Source: Verrucomicrobiota bacterium | GTDB lineage: Bacteria; Verrucomicrobiota; Lentisphaeria; Lentisphaerales; Lentisphaeraceae | Assembly (NCBI GenBank): GCA_039798785.1 | Contig: JBDKFG010000001.1 | Coordinates: 193,007 to 257,006 of the forward strand | Reading direction: 5' to 3' | Length of the DNA: 64,000 nt | In this document: one piece after another, positions 27,807-37,193 of the stretch | Position numbering within the stretch: the first letter of the stretch is position 1 | Layout of the letters: each line of letters begins with the position of its first letter | Made by a program: the position numbers and the translations under genes | Notes under the pieces: generated by a model | What the model was told of the DNA's origin: nothing | The model's input: only the letters and a program-made list of their open reading frames with translations | Databases searched by the model: none

Positions 27807-29555
27807 TTACGCTTTTGGCCTTTCGAGCAAGTGCGGCAGTCGCAACTCAAAACAGGCGCCCCGCCCGCTCGGCAGGACCCGCAAGCTTCCCCCATGAAGC
27901 TCGGCCAGGCGGCGGGCGATGGACAGGCCTAGTCCGCTGCCCGAAGCTCCTTCATCGACACGTTCGCTGAGCCGGAAGAAGGGCTCGAAGATCTTCTCCC
28001 TGCAGGCGAGCGGAACTCCCGGGCCATCATCCTCTACACGCAGGACGAAGTCGCCGGCCTCGAAGGCGCAACGGATGCGGCATCCCGCCCCGGCGGGAAC
28101 GTACTTCTCGACATTCGACAGCAGGTTGGCGAAGATCTGGGCGAGGGCGTCGGGATCGTGCAGGAAGGCGGTTTCGGTTTCCCAGTGACAAGTGATCGCG
28201 ATGTCTTTGCGTTCGAGCAGGGGGCGGAAGCTGGCGAGGCAGCGTTCCAGTCCGGGCAAGGGCGAGATCGACACGGGGTGGATTTCGAGGCTGCCGCGTT
28301 CCGAGCGGGAGAAGCTCAGGAGGTTGTCGACCAGGCGGCTGAGGCGCTCGGCTTCGGCGCTGATCACCCCGATCCGCGCCTGTTCGGCCGGACTCTCGAT
28401 CTCAGGCGACTCCGCCAGCATCTCGGCGTAGAGGCGGATGTTGGTCAGCGGCGTCCGGAGCTCGTGACTGGCCTGGTTGACGAAGCTGACCCGCTGCCGC
28501 GCCTCCCGCAAACGGCGGCGCAGCTCGAGACTGAGGAGGGCGGCGGTGACCAGGATGAAGAGAAGTCCGCCGAGGATGCAGGGCAACAGATTGAGCCGGG
28601 CGAGGCCGACGCGCTCGGCGATGAGGGCGGCGGGCTCGCCGTGGGATTGGAGGGTGAAGCCGATGAAAGGGAAGTCGAGATCGCGGCTGGCGAGAAGCTG
28701 GCCGCTGGGGACGGGGCCGCGCTGGCGTCCGTGGTCGACGAAGCTGAGCTGGATGTCTTTCGGCGGAGTTTTCAGCAGCTCCTGCTGCAATCGACGCAGC
28801 AGCTCTTCGCGGTCGAGCTCGACCGCGGCGAAGCCGCCCTTGTCGAGGCGGACCCAGTAGAGGAACTGCAGGCCGGCGCCGGCATACCAGGTGGCGCAGC
28901 CGATGTCCGCCTGCTCCTCGTCAACGGGGGGCTGGGGCGTCAGCGTTTGAACTTGGGCTTGCGAGTTGGAGTTGTAACTGGAGCCTTTGCGCAAATTGGC
29001 AACGGCGACCTGTTCTTGGACATCGGGGCTGCAGGCCATCAGGGTCTTTTCGTCCGGGCTGATGTTGTCGTGGACGAAGGGGTTGGCGTTGTTCCACACC
29101 GTCTCGCTGCGTTGCAGGAAGGCGAGGGCGGCGGGATTGGCGGGGTGCTCATTCTGGTCGTATTGGCCGGCGAGGATCTGGGAGGCCTCGTAGAAGCCGT
29201 GATTCCCCTTCATGGCGCCGAGCAGGACGGGGGCGGTCTTGCCTTCGGCGCCGGGGCGGAAGTCGCGGAAAACCAGCGGCCTTTTGCGCTTGTCGCAAAG
29301 AATGAAGGAGCGCACCACGCCGGGCTCGGGGCAAGGCCCCTCACCGCCTCCGAGGAGCCAGCGGATCAGCGGCTGTTCGCGCTCGCGGATGGCATTTCGG
29401 GTCTGGCTCCAACGCAATTCCAACGCCGTCGACTGCTCTTCGCCAAGCCGCCCCTTGAGCTCCGCCTCCTGCTGCGCCCAGAGGCGCTGCCCGGCCCAGC
29501 CGAGAGCCAGACTGGCTCCCAGCACCAAGGCGAGAATGAGGAGGTAGGGGCGCAT
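27807..29555 (-). CDS. Membrane sensor histidine kinase
   Basis: Two transmembrane segments, SHELRTPLTNIRLY, NLLSNVEKY, DDGPG, GSGLGL. Confidence 0.92.
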   Translation of the reverse strand: MRPYLLILALVLGASLALGWAGQRLWAQQEAELKGRLGEEQSTALELRWSQTRNAIREREQPLIRWLLGGGEGPCPEPGVVRSFILCDKRKRPLVFRDFRPGAEGKTAPVLLGAMKGNHGFYEASQILAGQYDQNEHPANPAALAFLQRSETVWNNANPFVHDNISPDEKTLMACSPDVQEQVAVANLRKGSSYNSNSQAQVQTLTPQPPVDEEQADIGCATWYAGAGLQFLYWVRLDKGGFAAVELDREELLRRLQQELLKTPPKDIQLSFVDHGRQRGPVPSGQLLASRDLDFPFIGFTLQSHGEPAALIAERVGLARLNLLPCILGGLLFILVTAALLSLELRRRLREARQRVSFVNQASHELRTPLTNIRLYAEMLAESPEIESPAEQARIGVISAEAERLSRLVDNLLSFSRSERGSLEIHPVSISPLPGLERCLASFRPLLERKDIAITCHWETETAFLHDPDALAQIFANLLSNVEKYVPAGAGCRIRCAFEAGDFVLRVEDDGPGVPLACREKIFEPFFRLSERVDEGASGSGLGLSIARRLAELHGGSLRVLPSGRGACFELRLPHLLERPKA

Positions 29556-29563
29556 GGAGCTCC

Positions 29564-29598
29564 AAGTTCAAAGTTTAAGGTTCAAAGTTTAAGGTTGA
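29564..29598. repeat. Five 7-mer tandem units (A[AG]GTT[CTG]A), left arm
   Basis: aagttca aagttta aggttca aagttta aggttga; inverted relative to 30203-30235. Confidence 0.8.
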
Positions 29599-29616
29599 GC
29601 GCCAGAGCTGCCAGGC

Positions 29617-30126
29617 CTAGGGCCCCGGGGAAAGCTGGTTTTTGTGGTAGTGATAGCGATGGATCCAGGAGTCCCACCAGCTGATAGCGCCGCTGATCTG
29701 GTGAAGATCGACAGGGCTTGCGGGGCGGATATTGCGCAACTCCGCCGACACAGCCAAGGGGTGCGAAGATCTTCTCACCCAAAGACCTCGGCTGTCATTC
29801 CCTTCGTAGAGTCGGACAGTCAGCGTTTCTCCATTCGGCAGATGCCAAGATTTGGACGCGGAAGGATAGCCGATCATGTCCTCGCCATAGAGTTCCGTGA
29901 CCGCACCGAACTTGTTTTCGACCCTTTCCGTCGACCATCGATAGAGATAGCGCAGTTCGGCGCTGCTGACGCGGTCATTGAAGGTGTTGACACCGCATTG
30001 ACCTGGGCCACCAAGGATGGCATCGACTTCGCTCTTGTAGCCGTGCCAGCGCCAAACCAGATCCCAGCACAGAAAGAAGATCAGCAAGGAGCTGAGAAGG
30101 ATCGCCAGTTTGTATCGAACTTTCAT
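29617..30126 (-). CDS. Hypothetical membrane-anchored protein (cargo between the inverted 7-mer arrays)
   Basis: N-terminal transmembrane segment; GAGG RBS; lower GC than its neighbours. Confidence 0.65.
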   Translation of the reverse strand: MKVRYKLAILLSSLLIFFLCWDLVWRWHGYKSEVDAILGGPGQCGVNTFNDRVSSAELRYLYRWSTERVENKFGAVTELYGEDMIGYPSASKSWHLPNGETLTVRLYEGNDSRGLWVRRSSHPLAVSAELRNIRPASPVDLHQISGAISWWDSWIHRYHYHKNQLSPGP

Positions 30127-30142
30127 GGCCTCAGCCTTATCA

Positions 30143-30235
30143 AACGGACTTCATTGACATTGACCGGATGGACGAGATGTAACATCAATGAAGCCCGTTC
30201 TCAAACTTTAAACTTTAAACTTTAAACTTTAAACT
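30143..30235. repeat. 15-bp-stem hairpin followed by (AAACTTT)x4 array, right arm
   Basis: aacggacttcattga / tcaatgaagcccgtt (14/15 match), then aaacttt x4 plus aaact at 30203-30235. Confidence 0.8.
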
Positions 30236-30237
30236 CT

Positions 30238-33219
30238 TCACTCATCGCATCCTTCCCCGTCTTCATCCTCGTCGTCATCATCGTCGTCGGTGCCGGCACC
30301 GCCGCAGACCTTCTGGACCCGATCGAAGAGGTCTTTGTGGGCGAGGACCTTGGCTTCGGAACCGTGGACGACGAGGCTGCCTTTTTCGGCGAGGAGGCGG
30401 AACCAGGGGGCGTAGGCGCGGAGGTCTTCGAGGGTGGCGGCGAGGAGTTCGTCGCGGCGGCGTTGGACTTCGTCGTGGCTGATCCCGGCGACGAAGCGGG
30501 CGAAGGCGAGGCGGCCTTTTTGGACCGGGGTGAGCGGGGTGTCGAGGCGGCCGAAGGTGCCGATGAGGAGCTTGTCGAGTTCACGCGGGCTGAGCTCGAG
30601 TTTTTCGAGGTGTTCGGCGAGGCCGGCGTAGACCTGCAGGGTTTCGCGCAGGGCCGGGTCGCGGTAGGAGCAGATCGAGAGGACGCCGGAGAGGCGGTCG
30701 TGGCTGAGGTGGCAGCCGTAGGCGCCGCCCTGGACCCGGACCTTGTCCCACAGGTAGCCGGTGGAGAGGCTTTGATGGAGCAGTTCGAAGCTGCCGCCCG
30801 GGACGCATCCGGCGGCGGCGAGGTTGATGCCGCTGGCGACATACTGCACCTTGCCGGAGGTGGCGATGCCGATCTTTTCGGGTTTGAGTTCGGCGCGGAA
30901 GGGGACGCTGGCCTCGGCGCCGGCGGGGATGGCGGCGAAGAGCGGCGCGAAGGCCTCGGCGTAGAGGCTCCATTCTTCCGGACGGCAGGTCAGGTTGAGG
31001 GTGAGGTGGCCGCGGCGGAGGAGCTTGCGGTGCAGTTTCAGGAGGCGCTGGCGCAGGGCCTCGAAGCCGCCGCCGTCGATCTCGGCGATCGACTTCTCGA
31101 GGAGGGCGAGGAAGGGGAAGCCGTGGGCCTGTTCCGAGGCCCAGCTCACCGGCGAGAGTTGCGCCGCGAGGAGGGAGCGGGCGACCGCCGAGCCGTTGCT
31201 CTGGAAGTGCGACTTGAGGCGCGACTGCGCCTGGACCAGGATTTCCTTGACCCGGCGTTGATCCTTGAGCTCGAGGCGGAGGAGGAAGTCGGAGAGGATG
31301 CGGGCGTAATGGCCGGCGTGGCTGCTCATCACCTTGCCGTCCCAAGTGAGGCGGCGCTCGACCGCGCTCGCGTCGCTCTGGAGGGCGCTGAGGCTCATCC
31401 CGAGGGCGAGGCCGCCGGTGTGGATGCCGATCTCTTCGGCCATGGTGGCGAAATCCATCTCGCCGGCGCCGCAGCGTCCGGCGACGCTGGAGAGCAGGGC
31501 GAAAAGTCCGAGGTCATCGGGGCCCAGCGACGAGGCGTCGAGGGTGAGCTGGAGGTAGCCGATGCCGGCGGCGTCGGGGATGGGGTGGAAGAAGGTCTTG
31601 ACTCCGGCGATGTCGCGCCATTCCCCCGGGATCGGATCGACCTTGCGTTTCAGATCGCTGCGGGAGAGCTGAGGGATCAGGGCCAGCGCTTCGGGGCTGT
31701 CGGGGTTGCGCTGCAGTTCGAGGAGGAGGCGCTGTTTTTCGCGGACTTCGGCTTGCCGTTCCGGGCTCATCGCGGCCTGGGTCGCGGCGAGCTCGGCGGC
31801 GACCCGTTTTTCGCCTTCTTCGTGGGCGGCGAGGCTGGGTTTGCAGACGATCAGGGCGCGGCGGGGGTTATCGAGGAGGACCTCGCGGATCAGCTTCTCG
31901 AGGCGGCCGCCGGCGATCTGGGTTTTCAGTTCGCCGAGGTATTTCTCGAAGCGCAGCGACTCGAAGGGGTCGCCGCCGTGGATCCAGCTGGCGAGGGAGC
32001 CGAGGGCGTAGACGACGCCTTTGGGGTAGCCGCCGAAGTTGGCTTCGCGGAGGTTGAATTCGACGGTGTTGACCGCGGCGTCGAGGAGGCGTTGCGGGAT
32101 GCCTTCGGTGGCGAGGTGATGGAGCACCGAGAAGGCGCGCTTCTCGAAGGCCTCGGCGCGTTCCGGTTCGGAGTCCTTGATGCCGAAGGAGAAGGTGGTG
32201 CGGGCGGTGTCGTTGCCGAAGCCCCAGTCGAGGGTGTCGCGTCCGAGCCCGGATTCCTGCAGGGCCTTGCGCAGGGGCGCGGCGGCGCTGCCGACGAGGA
32301 CGTGCTCAAGGACGCTCATTTCGAGGGCGTGGACCGGGTCGGTGGCGGAGCCGGTGTCGAAGGTGAGGGCGATGAAGGTCTGCTCCTTCTCGGCGACGGC
32401 GTCATTGACCGGATAGGTGCAGGAGCTGCGGGCGGGCAGTTCGCGATCCGGCGGGACGAAGGCGGCGGGCGAGGCGGGGCGGGCGGGGAAGTGCTTGAGG
32501 TAGTCGTTTTCGATCTGGGCCAGGCGTTCTTCGAGGTTGAAGTCGCCGTAGAGGCTGAACCAGGCGTTGCCGGGGTGATAGTGCTGGCGATGGAAGGCGG
32601 TGAAGTCCTCGTAGGTGAGGCGGGGGATGGCATCGGGGGCGCCGCCGGATTCCTTGTCGTAGCAGGAACCGCGGAAGAGGACCCGCTGCATCTCGTGCGA
32701 CAGCCAGGTTTCCGGCGACGAATAGGCGCCTTTCATCTCGTTGTAGACGACGCCTTTGTACTGCAGCTTGCCGGCCTCGTCGAACTCGTAGTGCCAGCCT
32801 TCCTGGAGGAAGCATTCCGGCGACAGCTTGGGGAAGAACACCGCGTCGAGATAGACTTCGATCAGGTTGGCGAGGTCCTTCTCGTTGCAGCTCGCGACCG
32901 GGTAGACGGTGCGGTCGGGGTAGGTCATGGCGTTGAGGAAGGTGTTGAGGCTGCCGCGCATCAGTTCGGCGAAGGGCTCCTTGAGGGGGAATTTGCGCGA
33001 ACCGCAGAGGACGGAGTGCTCGAGGATGTGGGGCAGTCCGCTGTCGTTTTCGGGCGGGGTGCGGAAGCCGACGCAGAAGGACTTGTTCTCATCGGCGCAG
33101 CGGACGGCGAAGAGCCGCGCTCCCGTGGCGATGTGCTCGAAAAGCAGGCCTTCGCCCGGGATCTCGTCGAGTGCTTCGCGCCGTTTCAGTTCAAATCCGC
33201 CGATCTTCAAGGTTTCCAT
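30238..33219 (-). CDS. M16C metallopeptidase (presequence protease/insulinase family)
   Basis: Inverted zinc motif HILEH..LCGS, FLNAMTYPDRTVYP, GVVYNEMKG, VRVQGGAYG, SYRDP; acidic C-terminal tail; start METLKI at 33219. Confidence 0.93.
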   Translation of the reverse strand: METLKIGGFELKRREALDEIPGEGLLFEHIATGARLFAVRCADENKSFCVGFRTPPENDSGLPHILEHSVLCGSRKFPLKEPFAELMRGSLNTFLNAMTYPDRTVYPVASCNEKDLANLIEVYLDAVFFPKLSPECFLQEGWHYEFDEAGKLQYKGVVYNEMKGAYSSPETWLSHEMQRVLFRGSCYDKESGGAPDAIPRLTYEDFTAFHRQHYHPGNAWFSLYGDFNLEERLAQIENDYLKHFPARPASPAAFVPPDRELPARSSCTYPVNDAVAEKEQTFIALTFDTGSATDPVHALEMSVLEHVLVGSAAAPLRKALQESGLGRDTLDWGFGNDTARTTFSFGIKDSEPERAEAFEKRAFSVLHHLATEGIPQRLLDAAVNTVEFNLREANFGGYPKGVVYALGSLASWIHGGDPFESLRFEKYLGELKTQIAGGRLEKLIREVLLDNPRRALIVCKPSLAAHEEGEKRVAAELAATQAAMSPERQAEVREKQRLLLELQRNPDSPEALALIPQLSRSDLKRKVDPIPGEWRDIAGVKTFFHPIPDAAGIGYLQLTLDASSLGPDDLGLFALLSSVAGRCGAGEMDFATMAEEIGIHTGGLALGMSLSALQSDASAVERRLTWDGKVMSSHAGHYARILSDFLLRLELKDQRRVKEILVQAQSRLKSHFQSNGSAVARSLLAAQLSPVSWASEQAHGFPFLALLEKSIAEIDGGGFEALRQRLLKLHRKLLRRGHLTLNLTCRPEEWSLYAEAFAPLFAAIPAGAEASVPFRAELKPEKIGIATSGKVQYVASGINLAAAGCVPGGSFELLHQSLSTGYLWDKVRVQGGAYGCHLSHDRLSGVLSICSYRDPALRETLQVYAGLAEHLEKLELSPRELDKLLIGTFGRLDTPLTPVQKGRLAFARFVAGISHDEVQRRRDELLAATLEDLRAYAPWFRLLAEKGSLVVHGSEAKVLAHKDLFDRVQKVCGGAGTDDDDDDEDEDGEGCDE

Positions 33220-33305
33220 GTCATGCTTCCCTTGCGCCGCCCTGGCGGGACCTTCCCGTTCGAAACGACGCATGACACAAACATAGGCGGAAGCAGGAAT
33301 TTATC
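33207..33305 (-). repeat. Duplicated leader, copy 1 (upstream of and including the M16 start)
   Basis: Direct repeat of 33709-33805 with a few substitutions and a short divergent RBS segment. Confidence 0.9.
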
Positions 33306-33340
33306 TTCGCAGTCTCGACAAATGCGCCGCTTGAGATCCG

Positions 33341-33721
33341 TCAAATCCGGAGACGGGTCAGTCGCCGCTGATGGAATTCCGCCTTGGCCTGTTCATAGGT
33401 CTCATCGAAAAGATCAGGAATGATCTCCCTCACTTCCCGAGCGAAGAGCTCATACAATTCGCCGATGTCCTCGTCATCAAGATCCGGATGCAGCAGCATG
33501 CGCCCGATCTCCTCGACATCGACGACGCTGTCAGCATTGGCGGGCTTATTGCCGAAGCATTCCCGAAAGGCTGAGCAATAGAGCGAGACATGTCTTTGTT
33601 TGAGCTTGCTGTCCTCGCTCAATTCAGACGCGGAAAGCATCGCGGCGAGACGGAGAATCACAAAAGTGATCAAGAGCCCCGCCGCGATTCCGGCCAGGAT
33701 GATCAGGATCAAGGTTTCCAT
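33341..33721 (-). CDS. Hypothetical single-pass membrane protein
   Basis: METLILIILAGIAAGLLITFVIL N-terminal transmembrane segment; GAGG RBS. Confidence 0.7.
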   Translation of the reverse strand: METLILIILAGIAAGLLITFVILRLAAMLSASELSEDSKLKQRHVSLYCSAFRECFGNKPANADSVVDVEEIGRMLLHPDLDDEDIGELYELFAREVREIIPDLFDETYEQAKAEFHQRRLTRLRI

Positions 33722-33805
33722 GTCGCCTCACTTGCGCCGCCCTGGCGGGACCTTCCCGTTTGAAACGGTGCATGACACAAACATAAGCGGAAGCAGGAAT
33801 TTATC
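33709..33805 (-). repeat. Duplicated leader, copy 2
   Basis: tcaaggtttccatgtc...cttgcgccgccctggcgggaccttcccgtt..gaaac..gcatgacacaaacata.gcggaagcaggaatttatc. Confidence 0.9.
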
Positions 33806-33858
33806 CTCTGGCAAAGTCTGGAAGGCTCGGGAAAGCCTGCTGCCGCCCGGCCGCGGAG

Positions 33859-33888
33859 TTGACAAGACCGCCGCCGCTTCGCTAGAAT
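33859..33888 (+). promoter_or_regulatory. Sigma70-like promoter
   Basis: TTGACA-N18-TAGAAT upstream of the CDS at 33937. Confidence 0.65.
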
Positions 33889-33936
33889 GAGAGGACCCGC
33901 AACAAGTACCCCCAGCCACTTCCCGGAGCCCCGGCC

Positions 33937-36453
33937 ATGTACGAAGAATTCGACCACGAGGGATTTGTCCGCAAGTGCAAATTCGGCTGTGCCGGCCTGC
34001 TGCTGCTGATCGTCGGCGGCGGCTACGGCTACATGCACTACTACGCCAACAAGGCGCCCGACGAGATCACCCTGCTGGCCCGTGAGATCCGCGAATACGC
34101 CGGACCAGAACAGCTTCAACGCTGCCGCGAGCTGTCGGCGAAAGAGTGGAGCGACGCCGAGCGTCAGCGCCTCCGCGGCATCTACGCCGATGCCATCGAG
34201 CGCTGCTTCCGCGACGCCTGCAGCCGTGCCGACGCCGCGGCAGCCGACAGCATCCTGGCTGAGATGGAGACGGCCTTCCCCGACGAGGAATTCACCCGCC
34301 TGGCGCGCCAAAACATCGGCAAGTACCGCGAAGGATTCTTTCGCGACGCCGTCAACCAGGGGCGCTGGGACAAGGCCGAGGCCTTGGCGAAAAGCGCTCT
34401 CGACAATCCCAAGGAGGACTTCCTGCCCCGTCCGCACCCCTTCTTCACGCTCCTTCGCCATCAGTGGCAGGAGCGCGTCGCCAAGGATGCCGCCGCCGCC
34501 GAAGTCCTTTTCCCGCCGCTGCAGGCGCACCCCCGTCTGAAGGACAATCCAGAACTGAAACGGGAGTTCTTCGACCTTCAGCTCGCCCTCGTCGGCGCCG
34601 AGCTGCGGCACGAACGCTGGGACGCAGCGAAACGGCGCTTGCAGCCGGTTCTCGATGCCAAGCATGACTTCGACCCGCGCTTCATCGGCCGTCTCGACCA
34701 AGACCGCAGCAGCGACGGCTTCGAATTCCAGCGCTGGCTCGACGAACAACTGCGCCGCGAGGGCGCAGCAGCAGACGCCGCGGCGGAACAGCTCCACTCC
34801 CTCCTCGCCGCCTTGCTGAGCAGCCGCGGCGATTCCGCCCAGCAGAAATCCTTCTTCTCACCCTTCCTTGACCGCCTGCGGTCCCGCCGCTGGCGGGCAG
34901 CCGCGGCCAGAGGCGACTTCGCCGCCGCCCACGCCATCCTCGACGACAAGACCCTCAAGCCGGAATGGCAATGCCGCAGTGAAACCGATCGCGCCCGCGT
35001 CGAGCTGCTGTTCCAGGAAAACGCCAAGACCCGATCGGCCGCTCCCCTGATCACTCTTCTCACCCGCCACCGCAGCATCGCCGACGAATTCGAGCTGCAG
35101 CGGGCGGTCGACCGTCAATGGAATCCCACCCAGCTCCATGAGGCCGCCCTTGCCGCCGACCAGGCGGGGCGCAGCCTCGAAGCCCTGGCTCTTTACCGCC
35201 AAGTGCAGCGCGTCGCCTTCTCGCTCAAGATGAAACCGGAAAGCTTCAGCCTGCGGATCGAAGCCTTGTGGCTTCCGGCCTTGCGCCAGCAAGCCGAGCA
35301 GGCCCTGCGCTTCGTCGACTTCGACTCGCTTCAGGAAGTCGAAAACGACTATGCCCGCCTCATGCGACAGGAACACCATCTCAAGGACCAGCCGCGACGG
35401 CAGCAGATCTCCGCCGAGCTGGCCAAGATCCAGCTCAGATGGGCCAGACTCTATGTCGTCAACGAAATGTATGTCGATGCGGAACGGACACGCGACCGGG
35501 CGAAGGCGGGCGGCCTCGCCGAAACCGAGATCGCCGCCTTCAACCGTGAGCTGGAGGATGCCCGCGCCGCCTCTTTGCTCAAGATCGCCTCGCAGGAGCT
35601 GGACAGACGGGAGCAGGGCAATCTCCATCTGGCCTTCTTCAACCTCCGTCAGGTGCTCCGACTGCACAAAGAGAGCCCCTCCTATCCTCTGGCCCGCAAA
35701 GCCCTGGAAAACGCCATACGCGGAGGCGTCTCCCAGTTCAGCCGCGCCCGTCCAGGCGCCAAAGGAGAGTATCAGGAAGGCGTCATGCGCCACTTCCATC
35801 ATTCCTCGCAGCTGCTCGGCTTCCACATCGCCGAATTGGCCCCCTTGCCCAAAACCGACCCCTACCGCCAGGAGCTGAAGGACAGCCTGGAGAAAGCTGT
35901 CGCCTTCGCCAAAGGCTCTGATCTGCTGCAGCTGTCGCTCTACGACCTTCTCGCTGACGCCCTGCCTGACGACCCGGGCGCGGCCGCGGCACGGGAAAAA
36001 GCCCTCGAATTGGGCAGCCGCGTCCTCGCAGGCATTCCCCTGTCACCTAGCGAAAAGGACAATTCGAAACTGCCTTCCCTGATCGACAAGTGCTCGACCA
36101 TCGCCATCGAGAACCGCACCGCCTACGCCTTGATCCTGTATTTCCAAGGCCCCGAACGCTTCCTGGTGCGCCTCGATCCCTATCGGCGTGGCTGCGTCGC
36201 CCTCAAGGATGGCCACTACGAACATGCAGCCTTCTCCGCCGCCGAGGACGTCACCCCCTATCACGGCAAGGAGGACTTCCTGAAGCGCCACAAACAGAGC
36301 TTCTATGTCATCAAGAGCAGCTCGAGCTTCAGCCAGGACGAAGCGGCCCTGGAAGGCCGCCTCGTCGGCGACTTCATCCTGCTCCGCGCTCCTCGCGAAC
36401 TGCCCTCGCCTCTGGTCGATGCAGACAGCGGACTCGTCCTGCCGGGAAAATGA
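33937..36453 (+). CDS. Large membrane-anchored alpha-helical hypothetical protein
   Basis: One N-terminal transmembrane segment (AGLLLLIVGGGYGY); coding-type codon bias; no recognised motif. Confidence 0.7.
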   Translation: MYEEFDHEGFVRKCKFGCAGLLLLIVGGGYGYMHYYANKAPDEITLLAREIREYAGPEQLQRCRELSAKEWSDAERQRLRGIYADAIERCFRDACSRADAAAADSILAEMETAFPDEEFTRLARQNIGKYREGFFRDAVNQGRWDKAEALAKSALDNPKEDFLPRPHPFFTLLRHQWQERVAKDAAAAEVLFPPLQAHPRLKDNPELKREFFDLQLALVGAELRHERWDAAKRRLQPVLDAKHDFDPRFIGRLDQDRSSDGFEFQRWLDEQLRREGAAADAAAEQLHSLLAALLSSRGDSAQQKSFFSPFLDRLRSRRWRAAAARGDFAAAHAILDDKTLKPEWQCRSETDRARVELLFQENAKTRSAAPLITLLTRHRSIADEFELQRAVDRQWNPTQLHEAALAADQAGRSLEALALYRQVQRVAFSLKMKPESFSLRIEALWLPALRQQAEQALRFVDFDSLQEVENDYARLMRQEHHLKDQPRRQQISAELAKIQLRWARLYVVNEMYVDAERTRDRAKAGGLAETEIAAFNRELEDARAASLLKIASQELDRREQGNLHLAFFNLRQVLRLHKESPSYPLARKALENAIRGGVSQFSRARPGAKGEYQEGVMRHFHHSSQLLGFHIAELAPLPKTDPYRQELKDSLEKAVAFAKGSDLLQLSLYDLLADALPDDPGAAAAREKALELGSRVLAGIPLSPSEKDNSKLPSLIDKCSTIAIENRTAYALILYFQGPERFLVRLDPYRRGCVALKDGHYEHAAFSAAEDVTPYHGKEDFLKRHKQSFYVIKSSSSFSQDEAALEGRLVGDFILLRAPRELPSPLVDADSGLVLPGK

Positions 36454-36503
36454 CGACTTGTCAAGGAAGCCCGTTATCGAGGCGGATTGCGATGCCGCGC
36501 TTC

Positions 36504-37013
36504 TTATTTCAACGCGGCCGACGCTTCAAGCTTCAGAGGATGCCCTTCATGAGAGAAGGAGCTGAGGCGTTTGGCGACGGCGATGCCGGTGACCGCAAAA
36601 TCTCCCTGCTCATTGCGGGCTGCGGTGAAGAGAATGCGGGCGCGCAGCCCCCACTCAGTCTCGACGAAGATCTCGCCGCTGCCGTGATCCTCGTCGTCGG
36701 AAAGGAGGAAGTTGAAGTCCTTGACGTCGTCGAGATCGACCGGGGCACGGCGTGTCTCGGCGCGGCGGGAGAGACCTTCCTTGGCCTTCGCCGGATCGCG
36801 CAGCGAATAATCGAAAGGCAGCATCTTGTCGACATCCGCAGAGGCCAGTGCAGAGATGCCGCCGCCGGCCTGGCGGAAGACCTTGGAGGCGTCGAGCGCC
36901 GGACGACCAAGCGTCTTGGGGCCAAGGAAGGCGTCGCCCGAGGGGCATTCGTCGCAATTGGAGCAGGAGGCGGCGAGCACTAGAGCGCAGGCGACAGCGA
37001 GGAGACGGTTCAT
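36504..37013 (-). CDS. Putative lipoprotein
   Basis: MNRLLAVACALVLAASC lipobox. Confidence 0.65.
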   Translation of the reverse strand: MNRLLAVACALVLAASCSNCDECPSGDAFLGPKTLGRPALDASKVFRQAGGGISALASADVDKMLPFDYSLRDPAKAKEGLSRRAETRRAPVDLDDVKDFNFLLSDDEDHGSGEIFVETEWGLRARILFTAARNEQGDFAVTGIAVAKRLSSFSHEGHPLKLEASAALK

Positions 37014-37017
37014 GGGG

Positions 37018-37179
37018 TCACCCTTGGATTGCGAATTTGAGGAGGATCAGGCTGAGCAGTATAAGCCCGGCGGCGACGAGGACGACGCCGACGGTCTTGC
37101 GGGTGCTGGCGCAGCCTTTGTTGGGGCAGGAGCCGCAGTTGCCGCGGCCGGCGCAGGACTTGCTGGGATCATCGCTCAT
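37018..37179 (-). CDS. 53-aa Cys-rich small membrane protein (not in the ORF track)
   Basis: MSDDPSKSCAGRGNCGSCPNKGCASTRKTVGVVLVAAGLILLSLILLKFAIQG*; GGGAG RBS; fills the gap between prfB and the lipoprotein. Confidence 0.7.
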   Translation of the reverse strand: MSDDPSKSCAGRGNCGSCPNKGCASTRKTVGVVLVAAGLILLSLILLKFAIQG

Positions 37180-37193
37180 GCTGTTCTCCCGGT

